Source of the DNA: Balanoglossus misakiensis
Lineage: Eukaryota > Animalia > Hemichordata
Length of the DNA stretch: 64,000 nt
Assembly: GCA_040954595.2 (NCBI GenBank)
Contig: CM082594.2
Location: forward strand, 5,379,319 to 5,443,318
Direction of reading: 5' to 3'
A program made the translations under genes and the position numbers. The notes under the pieces were generated by a model. It was not told the DNA's origin. It was given only the letters and a program-made list of their open reading frames with translations, and did not search any database. This document shows, one piece after another, positions 41,525 to 55,007 of this stretch; positions within the stretch are counted from its first letter, which is position 1; each line of letters begins with the position of its first letter.

Positions 41525-44500
41525 GTGAGTCTAAGGAAGCCGTTTTTTGCTTTCATTATTCCCCGATCCAGCGTTGCACGGTAGCAGTTTATCTCGCTGA
41601 CTTAATATGCGTATGCACTGTAGTGCCCGCCATTTGTAAAATCTGCAAAGACTGCAATTTATAGGAGACCTGGTAGCATTTCCTTACAATTTTTGCCAAC
41701 TCGACGAGGGGGTGAAACGTGAATATTCGACTACTACATGGGCCTCGGTGTTGTGGTAGTACTGTTGTTTTATTTTTACAAGAGAGCTGTTGATGTACAG
41801 CACTAGAACTTTACTTCGCGTCTACAATGTAAGTGTACAGTTGACATCAAACGATGGCATTTTCCTCTCGCCCATGCGAGTATCCCAAAACTTAGCCCAC
41901 GGCTACGTGTTGATTTGATGGCCCCGGGGAAACAGAAACCCCTGAAACAGCATTTATCAAAAGCGCTACGTCTACTTTTTGTACAAATTGGATGAAAGTC
42001 ATCCATGGGAAAATAAGCCGACAAAGGGTCGGACGCCAAAATTCACCAATATTAAAACCAACCAATTGATTTGTCCAAGACCTAACTTCACAAATGGACA
42101 TCAGTGGTTTACGAATGAAAATTTCCCCATCTGTTGTTATTAAGGCGCGTTTGATCGACGAAATATCGACAGGAACGGCGCTAGTCGCTCATTTCGGCAC
42201 TTGTGGCCTGTACCACCGCCGACCAAGCGTCAAAACCCGGACTCGCCACATCGGTGACGGTTCGATACGCTACATTTAATTACGCGAGCGGAACGCGCCA
42301 CACCATTAAAATTCGTTTCGATTACACGTTTGCGACCGTGTTGATCTGATTATAAATATTTTATGTGCTATATAGTTTAATTATGTATAACGATGTAAAA
42401 TTGGTAGCTCTGACGTGCTGGCTTGTTGACCGGTCTCATTGTCTCTGGCAGTTCTTTGTGCAAATAGAACAGCTTGGTTTTCCTAATAAAGCACCAGCAA
42501 ATCGTTGATTAAAAGCGTCAACTATTGATCTTGAGTGTATTAAATGGAAATAAGTGTGGTTGCAGATTCAGGAAGATGGGTTAATAAGCACAGAGTAAGC
42601 ATTGAGAGCGTGGGTGCTGAAGATCGTGAGAGAAACGCGCAGGGGTGAGAGAAGCCGCTGGCCCGGGTAGGGGGTGTTTGCAAGGTTAAAGGTTGTATAG
42701 TTGAGGCGGTTTTGGAAGAAAAAGGCGGGTCAGCTTATCCAGGGGTATTCAGAGCCAATAAGTGAGAGCGTTGTAGATCGCGACTGGTGAGTGATCGTGT
42801 GTAGACGCGGCTTAACTTGTACCTTCGTTTGAAGCAGAGACAAGTTGTCTCTTCTTGGACCGTTTAATTAGGAGACGCGGATTAAACAAACCGAAATGAA
42901 AATCAAAAGGAGTTATTGGACAGAAAGAGATTAGTTGGATAAACAAACAAGTGAGCAAATAGCTTTTGTTTTCAAGGAAATCAATAATTTGATGAAGAGT
43001 TGTTTGGCGTGGCGAGGCAGTGAATCGCTTGATAAATCATGCATACACTTGTTCTTCAATCGATGGACCGATGGACCGCAAAAAAGTTGAATTTAACTGT
43101 TTACGGCGAACGCAATCGCGATCTTCGGAGACTGCGAAGAAATGAACACACGGCGAAGGGCGTCGATCGCCGCGCGCGTTCGAGCGCGTCTTATCAATTT
43201 CGCGGGTGATGAGAATTCCGCGAAATGTTTGCAAGATATACAGTGTCTCGACACTGACGATAGCAGCCCGTTTTTTTAACGAAAATGACTGGCAGAAATG
43301 AAATGGAACATGCCAAAATGTCGATTTGGAGGTGACAAGCGCGAGAGCCATTAGGTGACACACCCTTTCAATTACTATAATGATGTTTTTGACGGGCGTC
43401 GAGGCTGGGCTGGTATCAGTATGCCGCGCTCTGTTTAATTGACGAAACGTCACTCTCCAAAGAAAAACTGACGTCTGCACATGTTTCACCATTTTAATTC
43501 AACTCAGATTGTATTCAATAAAAAAAAACTCGCAAAGGGGCATTTTATGGCTGGGCACATTTGGTCACTTTTATTCAATAATTGCTTTTCCTTGTTTACA
43601 AAATAGGGGTCAGCCTTAGACGCGCACGTCGGAGTGCGGTGCGGCGATCGACTCGAGTCGCGGGGCTTAATTTCGTGTTTTTGCTTCAATTTCTAGCCTT
43701 TAGTGCGTGCACCAAAACTTCGGTGTCAGATTACGGAATTGTTGAGTCGGGTTGCAGGTGTTTGGACCCGAATCAAAGTTTTTTGAAACAAGTAATTTCG
43801 CTAACAGACACTCTTCAGCTTCGAATCTATTAAGCGACGAACCCGTCGTTTACCGGAGCTTCTGACATCATATCAATTTTTCGCCAGATCGATTTTGTAG
43901 CAAATCGCATAACTATGTCAGTGATCGTAGTGATTTTGAATAGGCCGTGATGTGTTTAAGCCTTAATGGTAGAAATACCACTGGTTCTTTATCGATTGCG
44001 CCTTATAATTCAGCATAATTAAAAGCAAAATACTTAAAAGGGAGTGTTATATTCCAAGCGTGCACTCCTCTCCAAACGCTTAAAATTTCATGTTTGTTTT
44101 GTGTGACCTACAAAAAACTGCAGTTATTTGTTTTATAGCTGCGCTAACGGATATTGTTGGTTTTATTTTCCTATTAAACAAAACTTGTCACCGAGAGTTA
44201 TTGATAGCCGCTGACACGTTTAATCGCTGCTCAAGCTGTCCATACGTACAATCGTGAGGCTGAATAACAGATATTCTGAAAGTTAAACATTTTTTACAAT
44301 CATATATGAACATTGTCGATTTTTATCGGAAATTTTAAGTGTACGTAGTCGGTTAAGGTTTCATTATGTACATAAACGATGTTTGTTCAGGTCGCCATGT
44401 TAACCGATTCATTGCTGTTGGCGATTTTCGCCGAAAAATATCAAGAATTAGCAGATTTTCTTGACGAATTTTTCAATGTTTTGTTTTCCCGAAGGAAAAT

Positions 44501-45520
44501 ATTTTCTTTAAATATAAAATCAAGGGCGAAAACGGTGAAAATTTCAGGCCAACCGACAGTTTGTGTTAAAACTGACAGCGCGAAATATTCGAAAGATATT
44601 GTATGACTTTCACGTTCGTTTCGATATAATACACTGCATAACAAACATACATTAACTGCGGTACAGTATCTACGGAGTCTCGTTCCACTGTTTATACAGA
44701 CAGTCTAACAGGCTTTTATCGCCATTGATCAGCGTTTTGAGACAAAAGATAGTACATATATTCCATGTAAAATATCAGCATCGAATTCCACCATTTCGGT
44801 TCCACGTTTCCCTCTCTCATGGACAGACGATCGAGATAAAGCTGATCTTATCGACAGCAGAATTAAAAGCTGCCGTCCACCGTAACTTTATCCGTGCGCA
44901 GACAACGTCAATTGCGGGACTCGGTAGCGACGTTTACGGTTTCCGACATAAATTTTCCGCCTAAGGGGGTACTATAAGACTTTCGGAGCATGAAATAATT
45001 CAAGTTTAGTTAACTTTTTATACTTATTTGAGGCATTTCCTTGGAAAACTTCAATGCAATTTATGGCTAGCTACTTGTGCAGGTGCCAACTTGAAGAGCT
45101 TTTATTTATTTATTTTCAAAAAAAAGACCAAAGCGTTTCACCATTTACAACCGGACCATTTTCACATCTACATTGTATTGGTTACCGTAGAAAAACCTCT
45201 CGAAAAGTCACTCTCTTATCCTCTGACTCGACAAAATAGGCGAGAAAACAAGTAACGCACAAATTAGGCGGAAAATGTTTGGCGCTCTGTACATTAGTGT
45301 CATCAATATTTCAGTTTTTATGCAGTGAGCCGTGAACAACTGAGATCCAAATGGGCGTTCAATCGAATGAGATGTTTGATTTTTTTTCAAGACTAATCTC
45401 GTAATGTTCTGCGTGACATCCTCGCCCATTTAATTACATTGAATGGAAATCTACTTGCATGCTATCGAGTAGGGATAGGTGAAATGCTGAGACCGACATT
45501 GTCTTGTTCTTTTCTTGCAG

Positions 45521-45752
45521 AACAAAGTGGAAAAAGCAAATGACGGCCCGAATGAAGATAGCTCAGCGACAAGGGCTGTGGGGCAATCCCTTCATGCCGA
45601 CGGTGTACGGAACGATGACGGGTTATCCGGCTGCAGCGGCGGCGGCGGCTTACGGTGGTTACGGCAGCTACCTCCCAGCGCCCGCGGCCATCCCGCTGGA
45701 CTTGGACCCGGCGAACACAACCAACCCAGACCAATTCATGACAATAACATGA
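45521..45752 (+). CDS. Nedx: Nedx homeobox gene, coding exon 3 (end of helix 3 and C-terminus)
   Basis: Acceptor tcttgttcttttcttgcAG|A completes Arg, then TKWKKQMTARMKIAQRQGLW, a 7-Ala run and TGA. Spliced CDS is 376+199+232=807 nt, 268 aa, in frame. Confidence 0.92.
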
Positions 45753-46263
45753 GGTCACCCGTTAATTGAATTACCGTGTCTGTTCTTCCCCCCTGGCGGC
45801 GTTCCCAGGTGGCCCGGGGCGGGGAAACGCTAGTGAACACTCGACGAACACCGAAATCCTGTTTGCGGTCCCTCGGCGCCCAGCAAAAAGCAACTCAAAA
45901 CCCATTTATTTTTCGAAAGTAATTGTTTCTATACAAGAGATAAAACGGCGTATTAAAGCCACAAAGTTGAGAATCAAGCAATTTGGGGTAATTTTACGCC
46001 GAAATTAGAATACGAGTAGAACGAGGTGGCGTCGAAGAGACAGTTATAGAAAAAAACGTCAGCCATCAGGCCAGTAACGGCGGCTCGACTGATCATGTGA
46101 CTTGTGCCAGGAAAGAAACGAAACGTTCTTTTGGACACTGAGAACTGTCGACCAGACAGAAAAACATTTAAGATTTATCTATTTGTGTTTTATCATGTCT
46201 ATTAGCTTATACTGCCTGTTGTATTGCCGTTGTGTGAGTTTTCGTAAATGACTTATAAATGTG

Positions 46264-46274
46264 AATAAAATAAA
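46264..46274 (+). terminator. Probable Nedx polyadenylation signal (3' UTR about 0.5 kb)
   Basis: Two overlapping AATAAA hexamers (AATAAAATAAA) after a U/GU-rich 3' UTR-like stretch. Confidence 0.55.
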
Positions 46275-49200
46275 ACTTTTTTCACCAATCAAATCAGAGA
46301 CGTGGTACGACTGCAAATGTTATAGCATTGCTTTATGAGGATCAAATGATTAGTTATTAAGCGAGACAGAGTTAATATGACTAGCTTTATACTAATGTCC
46401 GGCCATTTTTGAAGCAAGAGGAACTAAACCATGTTTCAGAATGGTGACTGTAGCCTTCTGGTTTCCGTATGCGTTATTGTCCTGTCCCATTGTTTACACC
46501 CTTTTATTACGACACCATGTATGATTTCGCGCATTACTGGTAATTACATTCGTGGAAGATTTGGAAGAGGGGTGTTGAGGAATTTCATTAGTGGAGCAAA
46601 GGTCATCGGGTTACCAGTTTAAATTCGCTATACATGTACATGTTCTAATTACTGACTCTTTCATCAATAAAAAACTTCACGACGAAAGAGAAATACAATA
46701 GAGGTGATGTCCCTGAAAAAAACGCAAACACTCTACACTTCCACGAATTTTGCAAATGCATCAACCATTAGAGTTGCCACTTTTAATACGGTTTATAAGC
46801 CAACCCACAGAGCCTATCAAACTAAACAGTATAAACATCATTTAGTTGTATTAACATATAAAATTATGTTCAGTGTAAGTCGAGGCGACTGTTGTTATTG
46901 TTGTGGAGTGACCGTCGTTTGGGTAACACCGGCTACAATTATATTTCACTGGATTATCACAGAAGAGATGAACTGCAGAAAACTCACTGTTAAAAAGTTC
47001 GGAGTTATTTTAAAAGGCCAATAATTAAAGATGGAACGACTCAAAGTCGATGGGTTTGAGAATAGTGTCTAACTCAGTTGGTATCTATTGGACAGAATCC
47101 ACACATAACACAAATCTATATTTGTAAATCGTTCAACCGACGAAGCAGATAAAGACTGTGTAAAAACTGCAATCTTTACAAAATGCAGACATTTATGAGA
47201 ATAACTTGATTCATTTAAGCACCAATAGCAGTAATATTCGATATTTTATACCCTGCACATTGATTCTCCTTTCGACTTCTGAAGCATGACGAAATTCCAA
47301 AGTATTTTTCTCACCCACATGCGGTGTCGTCAGCACCAAGAAAACTGGGGGTTTGAATATTCAGTAATCAACTACGATGCAGAATAGGAAAGTGAAGTAG
47401 ACACAGAAAAAGATGCTGAGAAAATGTTTACAGCTACCTTCCCTTTAAATGTGCACTGTAAAACTCTTTTCAAGATGAATTACTCTGAAGAATGTGAACA
47501 GAAAGCGACTTTACAACAAAATAAAATGTCAATGGAACGCAAAGACCTCCAGCGTATGTAAGGTGCATAAAACAGACAATTGTAACTGTTGGTGTGAAAA
47601 TGTGGTGTTTAGGCAGTGTTATGTCACAGCCATCATTATAGCACTGAAGCTTCCTGCCAGACATGTGAAAAAACGCGGCCAAAAGTAACACAACAGCTTG
47701 CTGGGTGGACACTATGGACTGCAACATAGGGAAAAGCGATTTTTGTATAAATAATATTAATAAAGATGTTTTACTTGGCAAAACATGCATTTTTGATGAG
47801 AATTAGATGAGAATTAGACAATTCGTCTTCACTGATTTTCTCGGGTGCTGTTTTAAAAATAAATCCTGTAAAACGCTATTCCTGTGGCAAAGTACAAGCT
47901 TTTTGCAGCGGAATCGTACTGTTTTTACTGTAATAAGCTACGCTTTTCCGACAAAAGGAGGTAAATCCGTAGAGAGATAACCTCCTTATTGCGGAAAAGC
48001 ACGCAACGGGACTAAGCTCAAACTGTTTTCATTCAAATGCTCGTGGAAGCCACGGGTGACTTCTGACATTCGTGTTTTTACAAACGTTAGATGTTTGCGC
48101 TGAGATTATTCCAAGTTATATTCGTATTCCAACAATTAGGGCTATTTCCAGATTTTTCCCGTGGCGGGAAAATGCAGTGAACGACCAAAAGTGGTCTTGC
48201 TCCAGTCTGTCGCCAAAAATCAATCAATTTGAAGCCATCTCGCTGTATAAATTTGGTGTCGGGTAACAGGATGACAACATTTGGCCCGCTGTACGCGTAG
48301 CTGTACATTTATCAGTTTTCAATTATCTCCGTTTTTCCGTTAAGAGCTCGCTGTTTTACGATTCACAGTCGTGTCTTGGGGACAGGCCATGTCATCAGCG
48401 TCTCTTTCTTACGAATCTAAATTCAATTAAGTGTGTTTAATTGCGGATCTATTTGACCCAAGAGACAAACGTTCTATCATGATATCTTCGGGGAAAACCT
48501 TGTGACGATAACTTTGCAACATCGGGTAATTACCAATCTTGACCTTTTGACCAAGAATGGTTTTTCTCTTTGTTTGACGGCATTATGGCAGTCGATTTTC
48601 CGAATTTTAAATAATAACAAGCTAAATTTTATGCTCTAGCCCCATTTTTAGGATCTCCGCTGGCATCTCTTGCGAGGCTAAAGTGATTTCGTCGGAAACA
48701 ACGAGCACAAAAGTTCGCCGGTTTGCGATCGATTAGCAACAGAACAGACGCGCATGATTATCCCGTTGAACTTAACGTGCAAGTTTTGAACGCATTCTCT
48801 TTGTGTTGACGGTTACTTTCACAATCGCAGCAGCCTCTGACTTCGACATTAGGACTATTTCCACCTCACAATTTAAACAAAAAACGCAATAAATATGAAC
48901 GCTAAAAATTCTCTACACAATAGAAAAAACGAACGGAGAGAAAACATATTCCGAAATAAAACAATGAAAGGTACAACTTAGTATACTGGGTACACAAATG
49001 TAGTGACATTATTCTAAAACTTTTATCAAACAATTCTAGTAACTTTTGAAACTTTGTATGTGCACAAAGGGCGTTCTTTGGCCAACAAACATTGGGTCTG
49101 CGGCAAGTATGGGTTTTATTTTAAACTATTTTTTGGCCAAACCATGACAGAAACCAATAAAGTTAGCCGGTGAACAGCAGAAAACACCTTTTAATAATAT

Positions 49201-52200
49201 CTAGAGAGCACAGAGAAAACATCAAATAAAAAAAGGTTAAAACGTGGTGGTTTGAAGGGCCTTCCTATGCTCTGAAGTCTACAATGCGCCAAATAAATTT
49301 TTACATTCGTGTGCTGGTTGCAATGAACTGTTGAAATGGTCTTCGTTTGAACTTTACACGCTTATACCTAAAGTTGGGTCGTGCGTTTTGAGGCTCTGTT
49401 TGATCGACGCCGTTGCTTCACAAGGAGAGCACTCGATTTGTCGGGTATTTGATCATTTCAGCGACCCCGCCAGTGCAATCACTGGCCCACTTGTGGCAAT
49501 ACACACTTTAATTGAGCATAACTTTAAACTGCAAGACGTCGATATTCTGCTGGCTGTCTAGTCTGTGAAATAACAATCTGTTCCTTCGTAACCCTGTCGA
49601 TGCTACAGGCAATTTTAAACAAGAAAAGTGACAAATTTAGCAAAAAACTACGCTTGTGTTTGTTAAAATATCCCTTCCCAAACATTCGGGTCACCGTTTT
49701 TATCTGAACGCAGGGAAAATACTGTGAAAATTTACAAAAAAGTGTGAATTTGCGAAGGAAAATTTGGCGAGAAACTATCGATTGGCGAAGGGTTTAAGAT
49801 GTCAGTTTCGATCGCTGTCATCAATCAATGTGTTATTTTGGTTTAAACCCGCCAATTACATGTTTTTGTATCGAATTGTGCATCGACCAAGAAATTAGAT
49901 GCAGATATCTCTCTAATTATTGTCTTTTTCTGATCGCACGCTGCAACAGTCAGACTTTTCCCCTCGTGTTAATGACTTCATTACGCCAGTTTTGGTTTCC
50001 TCGCACTCTAGCTCTCCTTTCGATTTCCCAACATCAAAAGAAGTTGGCATTTTCCTAATGGCCCGCCTGACCTGCAATCAATACTGCTGACCAAATAATA
50101 TTTGAGTTACTCAATCTTAATTCAGATGTGTGGAAAATTTTCCATCGCAAATATTTAAATCCAACATCGAGACATCTCAGTTTAATCTTGACGAAAGCTT
50201 CAACATAAGAATCACTTCAAATTAAATTTAGAATCATTTCGACTAAATTTAGAATCATTTCGACGACCTTCTCCCACGATGGTTATTTTTCCGGGAATAC
50301 GATTCAAAATAGCTGTGCTGTTACCTTGCAAGTAGACTAATGGTTACGCTAATTAAAAGCCATCAATTAAACACAATTGTAATCGTACAATAAGCAATGA
50401 TGGGTTTTATCACTTATGTAACGCGAAAAGAAAGACCGCCAAAGCAGAAAAAGATGCGCCACTTAAAAGCTATATAATATATCTTTTGATAATAGTGTTA
50501 TATTCTGTCAGTACATTGTATAAAAATATGATCACTCTGCTTGCTGAAACGTGTTTTACAACCCAAATTTCAAATTCAATTCAATCCAAGTATTCAATTC
50601 TGATATCAAATACTTTTACAACTCCAATCATAACCCTCCTCGATGAAAGCATATGAAAATGCCAGGGAAGTCGTTAGCTTAATCACTGACAGTATTCTGT
50701 CCTGTGTTTTTCTTGACACTGTACTTTTTTTTACTTTATCATACGAGTGATGCTTCAGTAAATAACCGAGGACTACGTGGAGGAAAGATTGTGATGATCC
50801 ACGGATCAGCTGAATAGCGTCCCCAACGTTTAGCACACGAACTGCAAACGTAGATGTCCGTATGTACATTGCATCTGACGTTGCATTTTGAAGTATGCAT
50901 CCAACAAGTTAGCATAACGAGTGTATATTCAAGCACATGATTTCACATTTTCATTCGTATTTCCTGTACAGGAAAACCGAGACACAGTAATTGTTTTAGA
51001 ATTAAATGTCACAAGGGCTGCAGACTGGCTGCAGACAACACTACGCAGTAGCTCAGCGCCCCCATTAGGCAAAAAACGAATCTAATACCCGTAATCTATA
51101 CACCCTACAATATAAAACTGAAATCGGCGCAGAGGGCGCTCTAATCAACATACGTGTTTTAAATTGCCAGTTACTATGGTGAAGTTTTGGGCTGGGGGAA
51201 GGGTCTAGGTGCCCCTTGACACATTTTACTGTTATCATGTGGCCAGTATTATTTCACCAGATGACGTCATAGTATGATATTGTTTGGTTTGTAGTAGTCC
51301 AGGGCCAGGCAAAGAAGCTGGCTTTTTTATGATTTAAATTAAATGCTACTTTAGCAATTAAGTCTGCAAATGTGAGTGTGCAATAGGCATATTAAAGAGA
51401 ACCTTCAAGGCTTAAGTATTTGCCAAATCCAAAACTTGTTGTGCACTTACATATTATTTTTAAATCGACAAAGATCTGCCCTGTTCTATATTCATAATGG
51501 CTGCTTCCATTGTACCGATGGGTTGAATTCCAAAATTAGCAATCCAATTTTTAGCAATCAAATAATATACAATAATAAATCTGATATTCATTCATAGAGC
51601 TATTATGATCAATTATAGGGATGCAGACATATGTGGGGAAGATGGACAATATTGTATTGAAAATACAGATATTTTCTAATATGTGTACATATCTACAGAT
51701 GGCACACATGCCTTTCACATGGCTGACATACAAAGTCTTTAAAGTAGAGATTTCTTTTTTAAAGTCTGTGGAATATTTAAAGAGTTGGTATACACACGCT
51801 TAATGAACCCCAACATTTTAAAAGTCTTTCTAGCAGCATTTGATATTCACATGAGAGATGAAACTCATCTCAAAAGCTATAGCCTTTTTTATTGGTTACA
51901 AGAGGGAGAGAATTCTGCTAAGGAGACCATATGGCACTGCAATACTTCAGATGGTACACTTGATTCTCACATGACTAACATACAGCATCTTAAAGTGGAG
52001 CTGTTTTAAAAGTTGGAACACATACAGATTCCATGAGAGTTCAATCAAACTCAGCTCAGAAGTGAGTATGATATCCAATTCATTTACACTGTTTACTAGA
52101 GAAAGAGAGTTTCCATTGAAACAAGTTTTCTTTTTGCTGGTAAAAGTAATCATACAAATGATTTTTAAACCAGTATTAAGTTTTAACTGAAGAATGAAGA

Positions 52201-54336
52201 GGTCATCCTGTGTATTAGTGTTTAACATCATCATCAATGAACATACAACAGCTTGAAGAATTATGGCAGCTGAGAATGCCAAGAAAGTTATTTACGTACA
52301 GCAAAAGCAAGAGTGACCAATCATGGTGCCTTACAGAACAGCTTGTGTACCTTGAAATGGTAACAGTGCATGTGTATATGCATGACCAAGTATTGGTGAC
52401 CACAAGCTAGATTGTATTGAAAGACCATGATAATAAATGGCATCACAGCCATCATAACCTGCCAGGTTGGTCAGAGTAGAATGACCAGTCAGAAATCCAT
52501 GATATGCGAAACATTTTCCCTTACAAAGGGTTTCAAATATGAGTGGCATGAATGATGGTTTTTCTGTTTGACCACCATACATTCATTGTTGATGCACTGT
52601 ATACATCTTGATCACGGAAAGGAATCCTTTGGGGAATCTCAAACTCTAGTATACTTGTGGGAGCTGAGTCACCTCCATGACAACAGCCAGACAAACAATT
52701 CACCATTAAACCATTTTATAAATAAAAGCAACAAACATTGAGGGAATTCAACACTTTACAGAGTGTATAATTCTGTTGGTTTTCATCACTACGTGTTGAT
52801 ATACCGCAGCCGGTACTGTACAGGTGTTATGTGAACATGTACTCTAGGAATCACATAATGGGGAACATGTCAGCTATGTTCCAAATTTGTATACATGTCA
52901 TTACATTGTATGTTGCTTGCATTATGCATTGGATATTTTCCATCAGCAATAGGTTTCACAATGCTTGTTTTCAGCATTAATTTGTTTTTGATTCACATAT
53001 TACTAACACTAGAATTGTGATGCTGTGTTATCTGTTTATCATGATGCTTTCAGAACTTTCACTTTTTCTATTTGTTTCAGAATGTGCTTTTGTAATTTCA
53101 TGCATTCATTTCTCCTGCATTCTAGTATGCCAGCTTGTATTTTTTCTGCAAGCATGACCCATGATTTATGGCAATCTTTAGCAATACTTAATATGGGTTT
53201 ACTGATACTATGTTTTCATTTTTACGTTAACTTCGTGTCTTTCATGTTATGTTAATTCCTTAATTTTAACCCCTCTAAACAACTACATCCTAACAGGGAA
53301 AATTAAATTTTGTTTTCACTTGTGAAAATAAAAAATTGTTGGTACCGCAATGCTATCAGAGATGAATAGATCTATCCAACATATTAATACAAAAAGCTGG
53401 CCCCTGCTAAAGTCATGTTCCTGAAAAAGAAGTATCAGTACTAGTATTCATGGTATTAGTATAAGTATTAGTACACCATTTTTATGACCCCTAAATGACC
53501 TTTCATATGATGCTTTGATAGGTACCAATCAACTTGTTAAGTTGAAACTGATCCGCATAAATTTTCCCACCAAATAATGGTGAGTTTTGAATTCCTCTTG
53601 TACCATATCAAATACACCCGTATGTACAGTCATGTAGGGACCATGGACCACAGATAGAATAACGCAGGGGGTTGTGGGACAGTTTGCGTTCTGATTGCGT
53701 AGCCATGTACTAGACGCTATGTTGAACGCAAATTGTACCATCACACATTGCAGATACCCTATCCGCAAAGTGGTCTATGAGATCTTACTTCCTGGATGTA
53801 TTGACTTGTTGATGTTGTGATAGGCAACCATCTCCAACAGTTCTGCGATGACGGTGGTGGTCGTGCAGCATACAAGCACTTACCTAATGACTTGTTTTTG
53901 CTGTCCATCTTCCAACACGCAACACTTAAACTCTTACCTCACTTAATCCGCTTCAGTTGCATGTGATAACAGTTCAAACTAGGGGCCCCAAAACTTCTAA
54001 ACAGTATTGAACAAACTATGGTAAACTGCAATGTTTTGCCTGATTCTTGCTGAAATGTCATCAAATGTCCCCCCTTGATAATTGACATCTGCCATACGCG
54101 TATTGATTGTCGGGGCCAATTCAAATACTGATAGCACTTCGAAATTCACGAGGACAATATATATAAACAACACAAAATGGCCAATCATCAGTCGCACTGG
54201 GTAGATAGGTTGGTGAAACAAACTGCATGTGCCTCAATGTAGGCCATTAAGGTCAAAGTGACCAAAGAATAAACTCACCGATGCAGTGATGATATCTTGC
54301 TTGAAACATCTGTGAATCCTGGCATTCCTTGCAATT

Positions 54337-54566
54337 AATGTTTATGTCCGCGATTGTCACACATATCATTTAGAGTTATGTGAATGTTTATGTCCGCGAT
54401 TGTCACACATATCATTTAGAGTCATGTTAATGTTTATGTCCGCGATTGTCACACATATCATTTAGAGTTATGTTAATGTTTATGTCCGCGATTGTCACAC
54501 ACATTATATAGAGTCATATGAATGTTTATGTCCGCGATTATCACACATATCATTTAGAGTCATGTG
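54337..54566. repeat. Minisatellite, 5 x 46 bp
   Basis: Unit AATGTTTATGTCCGCGATTGTCACACATATCATTTAGAGTYATGTK starts at 54337, 54383, 54429, 54475 and 54521. Confidence 0.95.
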
Positions 54567-54580
54567 CATCCAAAGTTTAT

Positions 54581-54985
54581 AGTCAAATGTTTTTGCTTAA
54601 GAGCAATGTAAAAAGTCAAATGTTTTTGCTTAAGAGCAATGTAAAAAGTCAAATGTTTTTGCTTAAGAGCAATGAAATAGTCAAATGTTTTTGCTTAAGA
54701 GCAATGAAAAAAGTCAAATGTTTTTGCTTAAGAGCAATGAAAAAAGTCAAATGTTTTTGCTTAAGAGCAATGTAAAAAATTCAAATGTTTTCAAATTCAA
54801 AAGTCAAATGTCTTTGCTTAACAGCAATGAAAAAAGTCAAATGTTTTTGCTTAAGAGCAATGTTCAAAGAGTCAAATGTATTTCCTTAAGAGCAATGTTC
54901 AAAGAGTCAAATGTTTTTGCTTAAGAGCAATGTTCAAAGAGTCAAATGTTTTTGCTTGAGAGCAATGAAAAAAAGTCAAATGTTT
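54581..54985. repeat. Minisatellite, about 12 x 32-35 bp
   Basis: Unit AGTCAAATGTTTTTGCTTAAGAGCAATG plus a variable A-rich linker; one unit is truncated near 54780. Confidence 0.95.
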
Positions 54986-55007
54986 AGTCCGTACTTATTC
55001 CATTTTT

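Noticed and set aside
50223-50264. 21-bp tandem duplication (similar small ones near 17781, 30798 and 47796) and a 21-bp palindrome at 57061-57081
   Set aside because: Ordinary slippage or AT-rich chance structures with no evidence of function.
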